The position numbers were made by a program, and so were the translations under genes. Shown here in pieces: positions 12,634 through 24,280 of a stretch of DNA of 64,000 nt. Within the stretch, counting starts at the first letter, position 1. Every line of letters starts with the position of its first letter. The stretch comes from Octopus sinensis (taxonomy: Eukaryota), in contig NC_043000.1 in NCBI RefSeq assembly GCF_006345805.1, forward strand, positions 102,548,001 through 102,612,000, read 5' to 3'. Below the pieces are notes generated by a model. It made no database searches and was not told the DNA's origin. It saw only the letters and a list, made by a program, of their open reading frames with translations.

Positions 12634-12960
12634 CGCGCGCGTGTGTTTGTTTGTATCTGAAAAAAGGGTTAAAGAAAAAGAAGGAAAGGAAGAAAAGGGA
12701 GAGAAAGAAGAAAAAATTGTTTTGCTGGTTTCTTTTGTAGTTCGTCAGGATGTTTACGCTAGGGGGGGTGTAAGATCATGGAGGAAAATTTGACCATTTT
12801 ATAGTGTTATTGAGTGTGCAATGGTGGGGAGGGATGTAAGATAGTACAAGAGGATGAATGGGGAGAAAGTGGGAGAGAGCATGTGTGTGTGTGTATGTGT
12901 GTGTGTGTGTGTGTGTATGTGTGTGTGTGTGTGTGTGTATGTGTGTGTGCGCGCGTGTGT
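12217..12960. repeat. 282-bp tandem repeat, about 2.5 copies
   Basis: Unit starts gaggaaaa(a)tttgaccattttatag at 12217, 12499 and 12781; near-identical copies. Confidence 0.93.
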
Positions 12961-12961
12961 G

Positions 12962-13112
12962 TCACTTAGCGGTTCGGCAAAAGAGAATGATAGAGTAAGT
13001 ACTAGGCTTACAAAGAATAAGTCCTGGGGTTGATCTGCTCGACTAAAGGCGGTGCTCCAGCATGGCCACAGTCAAATGACTGAAACAAATAAAAAAGTAA
13101 AAGAGTAAAGAG
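12962..13112 (+). mobile_element. SINE family A, 3' part
   Basis: cttagcggttcggcaaaagag...gcggtgctccagcatggccacagtcaaatgactgaaacaa tail; the reverse complement of the copies at 13638 and 15101. Confidence 0.9.
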
Positions 13113-13136
13113 TATATATATATATATATATATATA

Positions 13137-13384
13137 GTGATGCATATTTGCCATTTGAATATGGCTAACCCCTAAGGGTAGATGCTACTGTAGTTTGTAA
13201 CCCCAGGAAGATATCTCCTCCAGCTGGCTATAGGCACACTATCTGTGTCCTCTCAGTATTTGTGAAGGGGAGTCATCCTCCCCATCTTCAACTCATGATA
13301 CACACGGACCCGAGTTTCAAGGTGTTTACCTTTCATCAGCGTGTGACAATAATGTGCCATATTCAAATGGCAAATATGCGTCAC
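13137..13384 (-). mobile_element. 248-bp element with 29-bp inverted termini enclosing a hammerhead ribozyme (Penelope pLTR-like or MITE)
   Basis: gtgatgcatatttgccatttgaatatggc vs gccatattcaaatggcaaatatgcgtcac (28/29 complementary); abuts a (TA)n tract. Confidence 0.8.
13301..13345 (-). ncRNA. Minimal type I hammerhead ribozyme, canonical core
   Basis: Minus strand: cacacg-CUGAUGA-aaggu aaac accuu-GAAA-C ucgg G-UC^-cgugug. Stem I has 6 bp, stem II has 5 bp, and stem III ACUCGGGU is self-complementary with two G.U pairs; all core bases are present. Confidence 0.88.
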
Positions 13385-13441
13385 GATGTGTTACCGCTAC
13401 TGTTTATAACTCGCTCTGAGATTTATCATTATTTATATATA

Positions 13442-13499
<58 letters not shown>

Positions 13500-13637
13500 G
13501 ATATATATATATATATAGATAGATATCTTGCGATTAAACTTCTCAAAGAAAAGATGAGACTGTGAGACCAAACAGAGATTTCTTGTAATAACAATAATTG
13601 AAATAATATATCATAAACGCACGTCATTGAATATATT

Positions 13638-13850
13638 CTCTTTTACTCTTTTACTTGTTTCAGTCATTTGACTGCGGCATGCTGGAGCACCGCCTTTAGT
13701 CGAGCAAAATCGACCCCGGGACTTATTCTTTGTAAGCCCAGTACTTATTCTATCGGTCTCGTTTGCCGAACCGCTAAGTGACGGGGACGTAAACACACCA
13801 GCATCGATTGTCAAGCAATGCTACGGGGACAAACACAGACACACAAACAT

Positions 13851-13894
<44 letters not shown>

Positions 13895-14048
13895 GACAGG
13901 CTTCTTTCAGTTTCCGTCTACCAAATCCACTCACAAGGCATTGGTCGGCCCGGGGCTATAGCAGAAGACACTTGCCCAAGGTGCCACGCAGTGGAACTGA
14001 ACCCGGAACCATGTGGTTGGTTAGCAAGCTACTTACCACACAGCCACT
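13638..14048 (-). mobile_element. SINE family A, near full length, internal CA/TA microsatellite
   Basis: tRNA-like head (gtggctgtgtggtaagtagcttgc...gggttcagttcc) followed by ccttgggcaagtg; similar copies at 15101-15506, 57183-57683, 62063-62493 and 62514-62940. Confidence 0.93.
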
Positions 14049-14184
14049 TCTATCTTATATATTTCAAGTCTTAGCTCGTAGTCTGGTTCAGCACTTGACT
14101 CTTGGTGCTTCAAGCAGATTCCACTCCTCTGTAAAGTATTCAGACTACGTCTGGGTATCTTTCGATATATCACTGCTCCTCCTG

Positions 14185-14216
<32 letters not shown>

Positions 14217-14224
14217 TATCATCA

Positions 14225-14600
14225 TCAACTGGTACTTAATTTATCGACTTCGAAAGGATGAAAGGCAAAGTTAACCTCAGCGGAATTTGAACTGAGATCA
14301 TATGGTCGGGCGAAATGCCACTAAGCATTTTGCCCGGCGTGCTAACGATTCTGCCAGCTTGCTGTCTTAGTCACGATCATAATAATCTTTACTACTAAAT
14401 GTACTAGATCTGAAATTTAAGAGAGAGGACTAGTCGATTACATCGAACCCAGTGTTTCACTGGTACTTAACTTATAGACTCCTAAAGGATGAAAGGCAAA
14501 GTCGGCTTCGGCGGAATTTGAACCCAGAACGTAGCGACGGGCGAAATATCGCTAAGCATTTCATCCTCCGTGCTAACGATTCTGCCAGCTCACCACCTTA
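14225..14600 (-). mobile_element. Two adjacent SINE family B copies
   Basis: Two cores, each with a gctaacgattctgccagct head. Confidence 0.85.
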
Positions 14601-14639
14601 GTAATAATAATAATGATAATAATAATAATAATAATAATA

Positions 14640-14870
14640 AATTCGTTTATTGGCCACAAGGGCTAACAAAAGTCGATTAAAACATAAAGGGACAAAATAC
14701 AGGACGAAAGTTACAAAGGGTTTTGTCCGTTTGAAAAAAGTCTGTGTACAAAAGCAGGATAACAACGAAATATAAGTAACAATTAAAACTCCCAATAGTG
14801 AGGGCGCTTCAAACGGTTTGGAACAGCTCATGTTCTGAGAAGAGCATTATCGCTGTGAAAGCAACATTCA
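14640..14870 (-). mobile_element. LINE-like 3' UTR fragment ending ttagcccttgtggccaataaa plus (ATT)n
   Basis: The same terminus recurs near 43950-43980; polyA-signal-like AATAAA and a microsatellite tail. The L1/Tx1-type assignment is recall only. Confidence 0.45.
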
Positions 14871-15100
14871 TTCATAAATTTATTTATTTATTAATTTTTT
14901 AAATACATATCTTACCTGTGAATTTGAGTATGTAATCTGGGAATGCTTACAATGAGCTTCTCTGCCCTAGATGTACGGAAAACACTTGGCGAGAAAGGAA
15001 GAATATTTAAAGAAAGAAGGAAATAATGATAATAATAATAATAATAATCATAATAATAATAATAATAATGATAATAATAATAATAATAATCTATTTTTTT

Positions 15101-15506
15101 CTCTTTTACTTGTTTCAGTCATTTGACTGCGGCCATGCTGGAGCACCGTCTTTAGTCGAGGAAATCGACCCCATGACTTATTCTTTGTAAGCCCAGTACT
15201 TATTCAATCGGTTTATTTTAGCCGAACCGCTAAGTTACGAGGACGTAAACACACCAGCATCGGTTGTCAAGCGATGTTGGGGGACAAACACAGACACACA
15301 AACATATACACACACATACACACACTTATATATATATATATATACATATATACGACGGGCCTCTTTCAGTTCCCGTCTACCAAATCCACTCACAAGGTTT
15401 TGGTCAGCCCGAGGCTATAGTAGAAGACACTTGCCCAAGGTGCCACGCAGTGGGACTGAACCCGGAACCATGTGGTTGGTAAGCAAGCTACTTACGACAC
15501 GGTCAC
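15101..15506 (-). mobile_element. SINE family A
   Basis: Aligns by eye along its length with 13638-14048. Confidence 0.93.
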
Positions 15507-15551
<45 letters not shown>

Positions 15552-15564
15552 TATAATAATAATC

Positions 15565-15770
15565 TTTCCTACACAAGGCCTGAAATTTGGGGTGAGGGGG
15601 CTAGTCGATTAGATCGACCGCAGTAGGCAACTTGTATTTAATTTATCGAGTCCGAAAGGACGAAAGACAAAGTCGACCCCAGCGGAATTTGAACTCAGAA
15701 CGTAGCCACGGGCGAAATACCGCTTAGCAGTTTGCCTGGTGTGCTAACATTTCTGGCAGCTCACCATCTT
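15565..15770 (-). mobile_element. SINE family B
   Basis: Core and head motifs present. Confidence 0.85.
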
Positions 15771-15816
15771 TAATAATAATAATAATAATAATAATATAAT
15801 AATAATAATAATAATA

Positions 15817-15855
<39 letters not shown>

Positions 15856-16129
15856 GAGATGAAAGATAGGACTGCGTCCGGCCTGATTTTTACAAATGAG
15901 AGAAGTGAAGGTAAGCATTGGGAGACATATATTCAGGTCGTCTAACAATTCTGCTATCACGACATTATTAATTTGAAGAGAAATATTTAAGAATTGTAAT
16001 TTTTGTTGGCGTAAAAAATGTTCTAAACTTTGAAATGGAGCGGAAAATTCCGGTAAACAGGCGCCAGTTGTATTAATTGTATGAGACGCCTCATTCCTTC
16101 CTACTTTCTGTTTTTTGGCGCTGTCTCTG

Positions 16130-16158
16130 TCTCTCTCTCTTTCTTTTCCTATGTATGA

Positions 16159-16194
<36 letters not shown>

Positions 16195-16361
16195 TGTGTG
16201 AATGAGTGAGTGAGAGAGAGTGAATGAGTGAGTGAGAGAGAGAGGAGAGAGAGAGAGAGGGGAGAGAGTAAGATGAAGAGCGAAAGATATACATATACAT
16301 ATGTATATGTGTGTGTGTGTCTATTTAAATTACTCACACACACGTGTATATATATATATAT

Positions 16362-16432
<71 letters not shown>

Positions 16433-16447
16433 TACACGTACACACGC

Positions 16448-16478
<31 letters not shown>

Positions 16479-16500
16479 TGTATGTATGTATGTATTGTGA
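16130..16500. repeat. Compound GA/GAGT/GATA/TATG microsatellite
   Basis: Direct reading of the sequence. Confidence 0.95.
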
Positions 16501-17139
16501 TTATGTGGAATTAAAAGCATATCCGAATATATACAAATTTGTTGAAAGCGCGTTACTCAGTCGAAAAATCTCACCTTTGACCTCATTCTTTTTAATATGC
16601 TAGAGTTGCGTCCCTGTAACATTGGCTTTAAAAAAACTTATCTCCCATGCATTTTATTAAAGATTTTTTTCTTTTCTTTACTTTTCGTCGTTTGTTTTTT
16701 CTTTTTCATTTTTAATATATTTCATAAATGATTTGGCAAAATTAATCAGATTTTGCTAAAAAGCATGCTTCTCACAAGAACAATATATTTAGATTACAAT
16801 ACAGCCCAGCTCCGACTGAAAAATATTGATTAGGCAGTTGTAAATGGGTGAAGGGAGTTAGAGAGAAGGAGAGACCGAAAGTTATAAAAATCATTCAGTT
16901 GTGTTAAAGAAATTCTCTTATATGAAAGACAAAAAAAAAGGGGGTGGGATTGTACATTTTTTCCCCATCGTCTGGACAAAGAGCGCGCCTAACCACTGTC
17001 TACAAACAAAATAGAAAGACACGCCATCTTTATATCAGTCTTATTTGCTACATGGTGAAAACTGAGTAAGAACCACCTCGATAATAAGACCAGTGACAAC
17101 GACGATGACGACGGCGGCAATTAAAATGGTGGCGGTATA

Positions 17140-17897
17140 GGTCGAACTGGCAGAAACGTTAGCACGCCGGGCGAAATGCTTAGCGGTATTTCGTCTGCCG
17201 CTACGTTCTGAGTTCAAATTCCGCCGAGGTCGACTTTGCTTTCATCCTTTCGGGGTCGATAAATAAGTGCCAGTTACGCAATGGGGGCGATATGCGAATC
17301 GACTTAATCCGTTTGTGTCTTCGTGTTTGTCCTCTCTGTGTTTAGCCCCTTGTGGGTAGTAAAGAAATAGGTAAGTCTGGTACGTCTGAGTTCAAATTCG
17401 CCGAGGTCGACTTGCCTTTCATCCTTTCGGGTCGATTAAATAAGTACCAGTTACGCACTGGGGGCATATAATCGACTTTATCCTTTTGTCTGTACTTGTT
17501 TGTCCTCTCTGTGTTTAGCCCCTTGGGGTAGTAAAGAAATAGGTATTCGTCTGCCGTTACGTTCTGAGTTCAAATTCCGCCGAGGTCGACTTGCCTTTCA
17601 TCCTTTCGGGTCGATTAAATAAGTACCAGTTACGCACTGGGGGCGATATAATCGACTTTATCCTTTTGTCTGTCCCTGTTTGTCTCTCTGTGTTTAGCCC
17701 CTTGTGGGTATAAAGAAATAGGTATTTCGCGCCGTTACGTTCTGAGTTCAAATTCCGCGAGGTCGCTTTGCCTTTATCCTTTCGGGGTCGATAAATTAAG
17801 TACCAGTTACGCACTGGGGTCGATGTAATCGACTTAATACCTATGTCTGTCCTTGTTTGTCTCCTCTGTGTTAGCCCTTGTGGGTAGTAAAGAAATA
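17140..17897 (+). mobile_element. SINE family B tandem multimer (4 units, one head)
   Basis: Head at 17140-17200; junctions aaagaaatag|gta near 17370, 17540 and 17720. Confidence 0.9.
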
Positions 17898-18159
17898 GTA
17901 TAGGTGGAGGAGCGGGTATTTGCGCTGATTGTGGTGAAGGTTGTTTGGTGTAGTGGTAGCGGTGCCAGCAGTTATATAAATGATGGTAAGAGTGGTGATG
18001 GTGATGGTGATGGTAGGTGGTGGTGGTGGCCGTGATGGTGAGCTTTTTATGGCGTTATGTTATGGTGTGGCGGAGTTAGTTATGTTAAGGGTTATGATGA
18101 TATGGAGGTAGTGATCGTTGTTGAGTCTGGGTCAACACTGAACGTGCAGAACTTCCTAT

Positions 18160-18497
18160 TATTAAGGTTTCATGATGATGATGATGATGATGATGATAAT
18201 GATGATAACGATATTGAGTGGTGGTGTTGCGACGGACGGCAGCAGCGACGGCGGGGCAGCAGCGAGCGGCAGAGCGACGGCGGCGGCAGCGACGGCGGCG
18301 GCAGGAAGCGAGGCGGCAGACGGCGGCGGCAGCGACGGCGGCGGAGCGACGGTGATGATGATGGTGGAGTAATGGCATCGTCTATTCCTTTATTGATTCT
18401 TTTTCAAAAAAGAAGAAGAAGAAGAAGAAGAAGAAGAAGAAGAAGAAGAAGAAGAAGAAGAAGAGAAGAAGAAGAAGAAGAAGAAGAAGAAGAAGAG

Positions 18498-18530
<33 letters not shown>

Positions 18531-18545
18531 AATAATAATAATCCA
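18160..18545. repeat. GAT / GGCGGCAGCGAC / GAA / AAC low-complexity run
   Basis: Direct reading; explains ORF 18057..18734. Confidence 0.9.
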
Positions 18546-18634
18546 CATTCGTGGATTCTAAAATCGCTGGACATTTTCAAAATTTCTCGTGTGATTTCAG
18601 ATTTTTTAAGTATATGTCACTATGGAACACGTAT

Positions 18635-18797
18635 TACGAGTTCAAATTCCGCCGAGGTCGACTTTGCCTTTCATCCTTTCGGGGTCGATAAATTAAGTAC
18701 CAGTTACGCACTGGGGTCGATGGAATCGACTTAATACCTATGTCTGTCCATGTTTGTCCCATCTATGTTTAGCCCCTTGTGGGTAATAAAGAAATAG
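18635..18797 (+). mobile_element. SINE family B, headless unit
   Basis: Starts at gtattacgagttcaaattccgccgagg and ends taataaagaaatagg. Confidence 0.88.
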
Positions 18798-18949
18798 GTA
18801 ACAGATGATTGAGGCAATGTGGGTATTCTCCAATTCTATTCAAGGATAATTTCCTTCAGCCCATTTCTGAATGAGAGTGACCACCTTGCTTGACACCTCA
18901 CTCTAGTTCTGGTTCACCTAGCGGTTTGAACCAAATCGGTTTAACCCGT

Positions 18950-19580
18950 CTGTCTGTGCAGTAACCCACTACATTTCGGTCAGCATGGAACTACCTCTCC
19001 AATTGCCGAGCTGCAAGCCCACAGATATTTCTTTGTTAATTTTGGATCTTGTCACTGCTGCCAGGTTTACTACACACCCATTCTATGATATATCGTATGA
19101 GGTGGTGTTTGTCGTGGATAGATCTGGCATGTATTTGTAACCCACCTATCAGAATACCGACGAACAAACAACAAACACCTTGAATTGAGCGCTTGCTCTT
19201 CTGCTCTCTGTGGAGGGGACGTATTCCACGGTCAGACGGTCTATTTACTGTCAACATAAACTATGTGGTGAATCGTATGCAGACATATGCTGATGTTACA
19301 ACATTTCCAACGTTCCCTTGACGGTAAGTAGGTGCGGCCATTGTTAGACGAACTTTCCTCTAGCTCGTCTTTTTGCTAGCGTAGACCTAGGCAGGGCAGC
19401 TGACGCATAGAGTATCATCAGGTACTCACAGCCCTCTGCCAGTCGATCAGTGCTATCGGTGGTTGTTCCGCTTTGGCTCTATTGAGGATTAGTGGTGGGT
19501 AAGAGCTATCACATATTCGGAAAATCACAAAGCATCGTTGTAAATGAACTGTCTGGTCTTTTTCGGAGGGCTTTCGGATT
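18950..19580 (+). pseudogene. Decayed CR1/L2/Jockey-type RT relic
   Basis: Ordered degenerate motifs: ISLLILDLVTAARFTTH (cf. LDLSAAFDTIDH), LFTVNINYV..QTYADVTTF (cf. LFxIYINDL..YADDT), VDLGRAADA and SHIRKITK..GLFRR. Confidence 0.55.
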
Positions 19581-19662
19581 GGCATTCATGGATAATTTTC
19601 AGAAGTCCTCCAATTTGCCATACTTTTTCCAAGCAATCGCTCACCATTCGATGCATATAATA

Positions 19663-19704
<42 letters not shown>

Positions 19705-19706
<2 letters not shown>

Positions 19707-20248
19707 GTGAGAGAGCAGTGCATGCCATCAAAGTGACACTGGGGTAAAATATACGAAGCCCAGCATACCCATCATGATTACCTGTCTGATAAGGGTAAAC
19801 TAGGCACATAAATCACAGCCATATGTGCGTGACATGGTGATCTCATATCAAGATAAACAGCACATGACCTTGCAGGTGGGGCCCAGTTAGAATTTTCTTC
19901 AGGTCGAGTAACCCATCCTGCTCAAAAGGTCCCTGAATAAGGATTGTTGAACGGAACACCCATGTTTCCAGAGGTGAATTATTCAAACCCCAAAGAATCC
20001 CTCTCAACACATGGCTATGATGCTCCTGCACTACTTCTGCTCATGATCAGAGATGCACATATCGTCAGCCACTAAGGGACATGCTCAACTGGTTACGGTC
20101 AAACAACCCACAAGCAAATATGTGGTATTGAGCAGAATATTTGCTGTAGCCCATCTTTTATACCAAGACTAAACAATGTACATGATAACACTTCCAATCA
20201 GTTAAGATCAGAAGCCATGAGAGCCACTGCCTGGTACTGTATCAAGGC

Positions 20249-20251
<3 letters not shown>
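19705..20251. mobile_element. Non-coding interspersed repeat embedded in (ATT)n
   Basis: About 550 bp of complex sequence flanked on both sides by (ATT)n; recalled as an abundant octopus repeat; only one copy in the window. Confidence 0.4.
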
Positions 20252-20333
<82 letters not shown>

Positions 20334-20422
20334 ATTATTATTATCATTATTATTATTATTATTGTCTTTGCACAGTTTCTTACACTGCAGATGCACTACG
20401 GTGCCAGCTGTTCACTACCAGT

Positions 20423-20740
20423 AAAAAGGTGGTAGTAGTACCAATAATAATTGGAGCCCTGGAAACAGCGAGTAAAAATCTTGAGAAGTACATGGAACAA
20501 ATAGGGGCTACAATAAGGGTGGAGCACTTGCTGAAAACAGTACTGCTTGGAAGCGCTTGAATATTCCGGATGATGCTCGAAAAATAAGGAAAAATAGGCA
20601 AAAACAAAAGCCCCCTAAAAACTAGTTTAGTGCAGCCCCAGAAAACAGTGCTATTAGTGATAGCTAGGTTATTTATTGTAGTCCGATGTTAGGAATTTTT
20701 CCAGCACTCAGAATCTGTTATGCGTATATAAAATAACGAT
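20423..20740 (+). mobile_element. R4/Dong-like (RLE) non-LTR retrotransposon C-terminus and 3' UTR
   Basis: KKVVVVPIIIGALETASKNLEKYMEQIGATIRVEHLLKTVLLGSA*IFRMMLEK* (20423-20587) matches the R4-clade terminus VVPVVIGALG..SK.L...L..LQKTALLGTARILRKVL; bracketed by ATT/GAT repeats. Confidence 0.8.
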
Positions 20741-20766
20741 GATGATGATGATGATGATGATGATGA

Positions 20767-20809
<43 letters not shown>

Positions 20810-21369
20810 TATTATTATTATTATTATTATTATTTATTCATCACTAAATCAACCAACAAATCTTATAAGTTTCCAAACAAAAAGCAGAAGAATGACGTAG
20901 TAAAAGAGGTGGGTTTTTATGTAGAGTTTTTGAAAATATTTTGTAAGAAAAAAAACAAAAATCAGAGCACTGAGAACACATGTAACCATCCTTAACGGAA
21001 TATACAATGCCGTTCTTACTCGTCAAGGATACTTTTTTCAGACAAGTGAAACTAAAGGGTCAAGGCGTTCGTTCACCCCGCATTCAACTGACACTCACAC
21101 CAGTCTTTCATAATATTTACTCGAATGTAACGATAAAAAATGAAAATAATATATTTCATAATGATGATGAGGACGATGGTGGTGATGATGATGAGGATAA
21201 TGATGAGGATGACGATGATGATGGACGTGGTGATGATGATGGTGATGATGATGAGGAAGATGGTGGTGATAATGTTGATGATGATATGTCTCCTATTGTG
21301 TTTTAAGCGTTAGTAAAAGAGCGACGAAACAAAACATTTATGTTTTTCTTCACTTCGCTTACCCATATA

Positions 21370-21374
21370 TGTAT

Positions 21375-21425
<51 letters not shown>

Positions 21426-21847
21426 CACGCGCGCGTGTTTTACAGACAAGAAAGTTTAAATTCGAACGCAGTAATAGCTGTGAAAACAGCAAAGAAAGAT
21501 TGGGTATTGACCCCTAGAAGACGGAAAAAAGTTGCCAGCACGCTGTATGTATGTATGTATGTATGTATGTATGTATGTATGTATGTACGTACGTACGTAT
21601 GTATGCATGTATGTACTACGTACGTAGGTATGTGTGTACATATATATGTATGTTTATACTATGTATGTGTGTATGCTAGTATGTACGTATTATGTATGTC
21701 TGTATGTATGTGTTTGTATGTAGGTAGGTAAGTACGCATACATATATATATATAAATATATATATATACATACATATATGTATATATTTTTTAATGTATA
21801 TATATACATACATATATATATATATGTTCGTACCTACCTACCTACCT

Positions 21848-21893
<46 letters not shown>

Positions 21894-21898
21894 CATAT

Positions 21899-21978
<80 letters not shown>

Positions 21979-21998
21979 GTATATATATATATATTATG

Positions 21999-22038
<40 letters not shown>

Positions 22039-22117
22039 AAAAATATATATACATATATATGTATATGTGTATGTATATATATATATATATATATACATAT
22101 ATATATAGGTGTATATA

Positions 22118-22161
<44 letters not shown>

Positions 22162-22504
22162 TGTTTGTATTATGTAAGTATGTGTTACACATGTATAGAA
22201 TCGACTGTGTATAGTTTCATTGTTAATTAGATTTGAGATACGCTCTGAATATGAATGTAGTCTTTTCTTTCTTATTTTTTTCATGCTAGAAAATATATTT
22301 CGTTCTCTTGTTCAGTGGTTATTGTCCAAGACCTTTGTTATTATGACCATTCGATTTTTCTGAACCACTTCGGTCTTCGTAGTATAATAAGGAATTTTTT
22401 AAATATCTATATCAGCGTCCATGAAATCCCAATGTCTGCACACGTGCGCGCACACACATATATGTGCGTATGTGCATGTGTGCGTTTGTATGTTTGCTTA
22501 TATA

Positions 22505-22536
<32 letters not shown>

Positions 22537-22660
22537 GAATTTAATACGCAACCGAAAGAGCTAATAATTTCATGCTTTTATGATTCATATATATATACAA
22601 ATTAATATAAACAGCCACACGCAATGTGATATCATAAAGGGAAAAGCAACGTGTGTGTGC

Positions 22661-22718
<58 letters not shown>

Positions 22719-22768
22719 GTGTGTGTGTGTATGTATATATATATGTGTGTGTGTGTATATATGTATAT

Positions 22769-22831
<63 letters not shown>

Positions 22832-22855
22832 TTATATATACATATATATACATAC

Positions 22856-22888
<33 letters not shown>

Positions 22889-22910
22889 ATGTATATACGA
22901 ATAAACAAAC
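21370..22910. repeat. Large compound (GT)n/(TATG)n/(TA)n microsatellite field
   Basis: Direct reading; the source of many YIYI and VCVC ORFs. Confidence 0.95.
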
Positions 22911-23634
22911 ACATTTCTCTCTTTCTTTTTCTCCCTCACTCTCTCACACGCGCACACGTATCATTGAATCTAGCTGTATGCATTAATAACTTCGGTGCTC
23001 TTAATGATTTAAAGTATGAGAGTTTATGCTGCTTTTTGTATATCAATAACTCCATTTCCATACAGACCCACCCTCTCTGGAACCTGTTATGAAGTGAGAA
23101 TCACGCAAGTATTCAAATTATTACATATATTTTTTTAAAGAAACACGATACAGACGTATATCTTCATGTTGTTTCGTCTCAGCTCAACCATGTCCGAGTA
23201 AACTTATGAGTCAGCTTTTCATTGTTCAATCAGTTTTCCACCAATAACCATTACATTTCTATGTATATTGAAAATTTTGCTTCACGGCGACGTGGTTCTG
23301 GGTTCAATCCCACAGCTCAGTACCATAGACAAGTTTCTTCTGTGAGTGTGTATGTGGGTGCTATAGTAGAAGACACTTGCCCGAGACTGAACTCAGAACC
23401 ATGTGGTTGGGAAGCGAGCGTCATACCACACAGCTATGCCTGTAACTTTTTTTTTTTTTTTAGTCATTATGGGTGATTTTGCTGATTTTAAAGGCGGTAT
23501 GGCTGATTTGCAGCTATACTTCAGAGATCAAATGACCACAGACAGACTCCATGGCTGGCTGATATCGTGCCTAATAGTTTTGGAGCATATACTTAAGGAG
23601 TTTATCTTGCTTCAGCCATAGTTTTTCGAGCATG

Positions 23635-23684
<50 letters not shown>

Positions 23685-23918
23685 CGCTCACACATATGTA
23701 TGTATAAGAGTATGCGTGTCCTTGTGTTTGTCGCCACCACCGTTTAATAACCGTGGTTGCTATATTTATGTCCCTGAAATATGGTTCAGCAAAAGAATGG
23801 TATAAAAAGTACCAGACTTTGAAAAATTAGTACTGGGGTCGATTTCATAGACTATATCCTTCAAAACGATGCCCCAGCATCGCCCGCAGTCCTGTGACTG
23901 GAATATATAAAAGAATAC

Positions 23919-23976
23919 AAGTATAGTCTTCTGGCGACCAAAGTCATAAGTCTTTGGTCGCCAGAATATTATACTT
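23919..23976 (+). repeat. 58-nt hairpin (25-bp stem with one G.U pair and one mismatch, 8-nt loop)
   Basis: aagtatagtcttctggcgaccaaag tcataagt ctttggtcgccagaatattatactt. Confidence 0.9.
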
Positions 23977-24078
23977 TTCAAATTTAGCTGACCGAAATTG
24001 TGAGGTACCCCGTTGGAAAGACCGTTCATCTCTTTGGGTAGCGCCCTATTTAATATCATTAGTTGTGTGTCTCTAACG

Positions 24079-24280
24079 CAGGGGTCAGCGAACCAGAGTG
24101 AATTACCTCAAGTGGGGTAAAAATGAAATTCATGGGGGTAATGAGGACTCATTAGACAAGTAAGGGTTATATAAAACGCGTTTTCCTTGTTAATGATTTT
24201 CTTCTTTTCGAATCAAAAGGGTAACGTCGGCGAAAATAAATATATTTCGGGGTAATGTTAAAAAAGTTCCCCGATCTCTG
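24079..24280. mobile_element. hAT (Charlie-like) MITE with 8-bp TSD
   Basis: TSD ctctaacg at 24071-24078 and 24281-24288; imperfect TIRs caggggtcagcgaacc / agttccccgatctctg. Confidence 0.88.

Noticed and set aside
18057-18734. 225-aa ORF with poly-D/R/E/N
   Set aside because: Built entirely from trinucleotide tracts and a SINE end.
19090-19135. EVVFVVDRSG resembling a VWA MIDAS motif
   Set aside because: Lacks the DxSxS serine, is followed by a stop, and lies within an ordered set of decayed RT motifs.
21369-22986. Numerous YIYI/VCVC/HTHT ORFs (also 33443-35286, 41937-42961, 54072-55060, 56801-57667, 60010-60724, 63421-63817)
   Set aside because: They are translations of microsatellites that lack stop codons; no coding signal.
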